DNA of 64,000 nucleotides, taken from assembly GCA_963716395.1 (NCBI GenBank), contig OY970309.1:2560001-2624000 (forward strand), written 5' to 3'. Below are positions 60,831-64,000 of the stretch, one piece after another (within the stretch, counting starts at the first letter, position 1; each line of letters begins with the position of its first letter). The notes under the pieces are model-generated. The model was not told where the DNA came from and made no database searches. It worked only from the letters and a program-made list of their open reading frames with translations. A program made the position numbers and the translations under genes. Source of the stretch: an uncultured Fibrobacteria bacterium (GTDB lineage Bacteria > Fibrobacterota > Fibrobacteria > UBA11236).

Positions 60831-62633
60831 ATGCCGCCCCGAACCCCGCCGCCTCGTGGCGATCACCTCGCCGACTTCACGCGCGATCCGCGCGTCTTGC
60901 TGCTTGCGCTCCTGGCCCTGGGTATCGGCGTGCTCAGTGCGGGCGCGGCCTGGGTGCTGGTGAAAGCCATCGCGCTGGTCACCGACCTGGCATTTTACCA
61001 CCGCTTCTCCGCAGCCAACCTTTCTCCGGCACGGCAAGCGCTGGGCGCGGCGGTGATCGCGGTGCCGGCGCTGGGCGGACTTTTCATCGGACTCATGGCG
61101 CGTTTCGGATCGGAACAAATCCGGGGCCACGGCATTCCCGAAGCCCTCGAAGCCATTCTGTTCGGACAAAGCCGCATGCACCCCAAGGTCGCGATCTTGA
61201 AACCCATTTCCTCGGCCGTATCCATCGGAACCGGCGGTCCGTTCGGCGCCGAAGGTCCGATCATCATGACCGGCGGCGCTTTGGGATCTCTCATCGCCCA
61301 ATGGTTCCGCTTGTCGTCGGCGGAGCGGAAAACCCTGCTGGCCGCCGGCGCCGCGGGCGGCATGGCCGCCATTTTCGCCGCCCCCGTATCTTCTGTGTTA
61401 CTGGCGGTGGAGGTGCTGCTTTTCGAGTGGCGGCCGCGATCGTTTCTTCCTGTGACGGTGGCGGCGACCACCGCGGGCGCCCTGCGTGCGCCGCTGCTCG
61501 GAATGGGGCCGATCTTTCCTGTGCCGCCGCATCCGGCCATGGCGGCGGGTGCTTGGGGGGGAGTTATTCTCTTCGGCGCCGTCGGAGGATTGGCCGCTAT
61601 GCTACTGACCGCGCTGGTCTATGGTTGCGAAGATCTGTTTCACAAGCTGCCGCTACATTGGATGTGGTGGCCGGCTCTGGGAGGTCTGATCGTGGGCGTG
61701 ATGGGGTGGCGCGATCCCCGCATCTTCGGCGTCGGCTATGATCTCATCCACGACCTGTTGTTGGGGCGCAACCTCGGCGGCCACTTGCCGCGGCTGCTGC
61801 TGCTGAAGATGGGGGCCTGGACCGTGGCCTTGGGTTCGGGCACCTCGGGCGGCGTGCTGGCGCCGCTGCTTATTCTCGGCGGGACGCTGGGCGCGCTGGA
61901 GGCACACTGGTTTTCGCTGCCCGATCCCGGACTATGGGCTATGCTGGAAATGGCGGCGGTAATGGGCGGCGCCCTACGCGCGCCCTTCACGGCGGTGGTG
62001 TTTGCGGTGGAGTTGACGCAGGACGTGTCGGTGTTGCCGGCTCTGCTCGCAACCTGCGCCACGGCTTACGCCGTCACGGTGTTCTTCATGCGGCGATCCA
62101 TTTTGACCGCAAAGGTGGCGCGGCGAGGATACCACTTGACTTGCGAATACGGCGTTGATCCTCTTCGCTGGCAACGCGTGGCCGACGTGATGGATCGGGA
62201 TTTCATAACGGTTCCGGCCGATCTCGCCGCCGCGGATTTGGCCCGGCGCATCGCGCAGAACAATCCGGGCATGAGCCGACACCGCGCCTTTCCCGTTCTC
62301 GATACGGAAAATGATCTGGTCGGCATCGTGACCCGGGGCGATGTGATCCGCGCGGAGGCCGGCGGCGAAGCCAAGACGGTATTGCAGGCCGGCAACGACC
62401 ACCCGATCACGATCTTTCCCGACGAGGTATTGGAAACGGCTGTAGCCAAAATGTTGCAGAAGGGCGTCGGCCGGCTGCTGGTGGTCACGCGTGCCGAACC
62501 GAACCGGGTAATCGGCTATCTGGGACGATCGGGGTTACTGGCCGCGCACCAGAATCATTTCGCCGCAGAAGCGGTGCCGCCGCGCCTAACCAGAAGCGGT
62601 CAGCACAAGCGGAAGCCACCCGGGACAAGTTGA
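60831..62633 (+). CDS. ClC-family chloride channel/antiporter with tandem CBS domains
   Basis: GHGIPE, GGPFGAEGP, GSGTSGGVLAP, AVELT; C-terminal CBS pair. Confidence 0.93.
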   Translation: MPPRTPPPRGDHLADFTRDPRVLLLALLALGIGVLSAGAAWVLVKAIALVTDLAFYHRFSAANLSPARQALGAAVIAVPALGGLFIGLMARFGSEQIRGHGIPEALEAILFGQSRMHPKVAILKPISSAVSIGTGGPFGAEGPIIMTGGALGSLIAQWFRLSSAERKTLLAAGAAGGMAAIFAAPVSSVLLAVEVLLFEWRPRSFLPVTVAATTAGALRAPLLGMGPIFPVPPHPAMAAGAWGGVILFGAVGGLAAMLLTALVYGCEDLFHKLPLHWMWWPALGGLIVGVMGWRDPRIFGVGYDLIHDLLLGRNLGGHLPRLLLLKMGAWTVALGSGTSGGVLAPLLILGGTLGALEAHWFSLPDPGLWAMLEMAAVMGGALRAPFTAVVFAVELTQDVSVLPALLATCATAYAVTVFFMRRSILTAKVARRGYHLTCEYGVDPLRWQRVADVMDRDFITVPADLAAADLARRIAQNNPGMSRHRAFPVLDTENDLVGIVTRGDVIRAEAGGEAKTVLQAGNDHPITIFPDEVLETAVAKMLQKGVGRLLVVTRAEPNRVIGYLGRSGLLAAHQNHFAAEAVPPRLTRSGQHKRKPPGTS

Positions 62634-62763
62634 CAAAACTTTCGGCATCGTGTCGACGATTGGCATCGCGACTGCGGGGTGACTAACTTCTCGTAAAAGG
62701 CCCCGCGATCCGGAAGCGTTGCGGTGCGGCGCGCCGAGGCGGGGGCTACTACTGGATATTCTG

Positions 62764-63908
<1,145 letters not shown>

Positions 63909-63912
<4 letters not shown>

Positions 63913-64000
63913 TCGAAGGCATGGAAGCGGTGATTCGCGAACACCGGTTTTTCGCCGGTCTTCCCGACGACACTTTGCATCTCCTGGCCGGCTGCGCCCG
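63909..64000 (+). CDS. Cyclic-nucleotide-binding (Crp-like) protein, 3' truncated by window edge
   Basis: [30 protein letters not shown]; ATGA overlap; usual position in group 3b hydrogenase operons. Confidence 0.7.

Noticed and set aside
60747-61301. Long N-terminal extension of MarR in the ORF track
   Set aside because: It overlaps the ClC gene and the operator; MarR homology starts near TTG 60746

Overview
GC-rich bacterial chromosome segment, most likely from an environmental Fibrobacterota. That call is an inference from a TIGR02147-family gene, T9SS-like C-terminal tails on secreted enzymes and TATAT-type -10 boxes. Positions 1-47.2 kb are core genes: ccoGHI, carB, a yceD-rpmF-plsX-fabHDG-acpP-rnc super-operon extended by a lipoyl ligase, XPB helicase, an M16 peptidase pair (second gene frameshifted) and fabF, then DAHP synthase, leuS, a pectinesterase, glnA, dcd, an uncharacterised TPR/secreted/FecR/beta-barrel operon, a pepF-M20-thiO cluster and prfC. 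Positions 47.4-60.3 kb form a more AT-rich, minus-strand island of secreted carbohydrate enzymes with duplication and deletion scars and an IS91 remnant. MarR/ClC and the start of a group 3b hydrogenase operon follow. Two candidates stand out as possibly undescribed. (1) A TIGR02147 HTH protein translationally coupled to a DUF2341/LamG lipoprotein, with a 16-bp palindrome GTTTCC-N4-GGAAAC 41-43 bp upstream of a TATAT box in front of both the regulator and the enzyme genes; this suggests a glycan-sensing regulatory module. (2) An unannotated 18-aa leader peptide containing FGFYFW with a terminator/antiterminator upstream of DAHP synthase, i.e. an attenuator that could sense all three aromatic amino acids. 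All family assignments come from motif recognition by eye; no searches were run.
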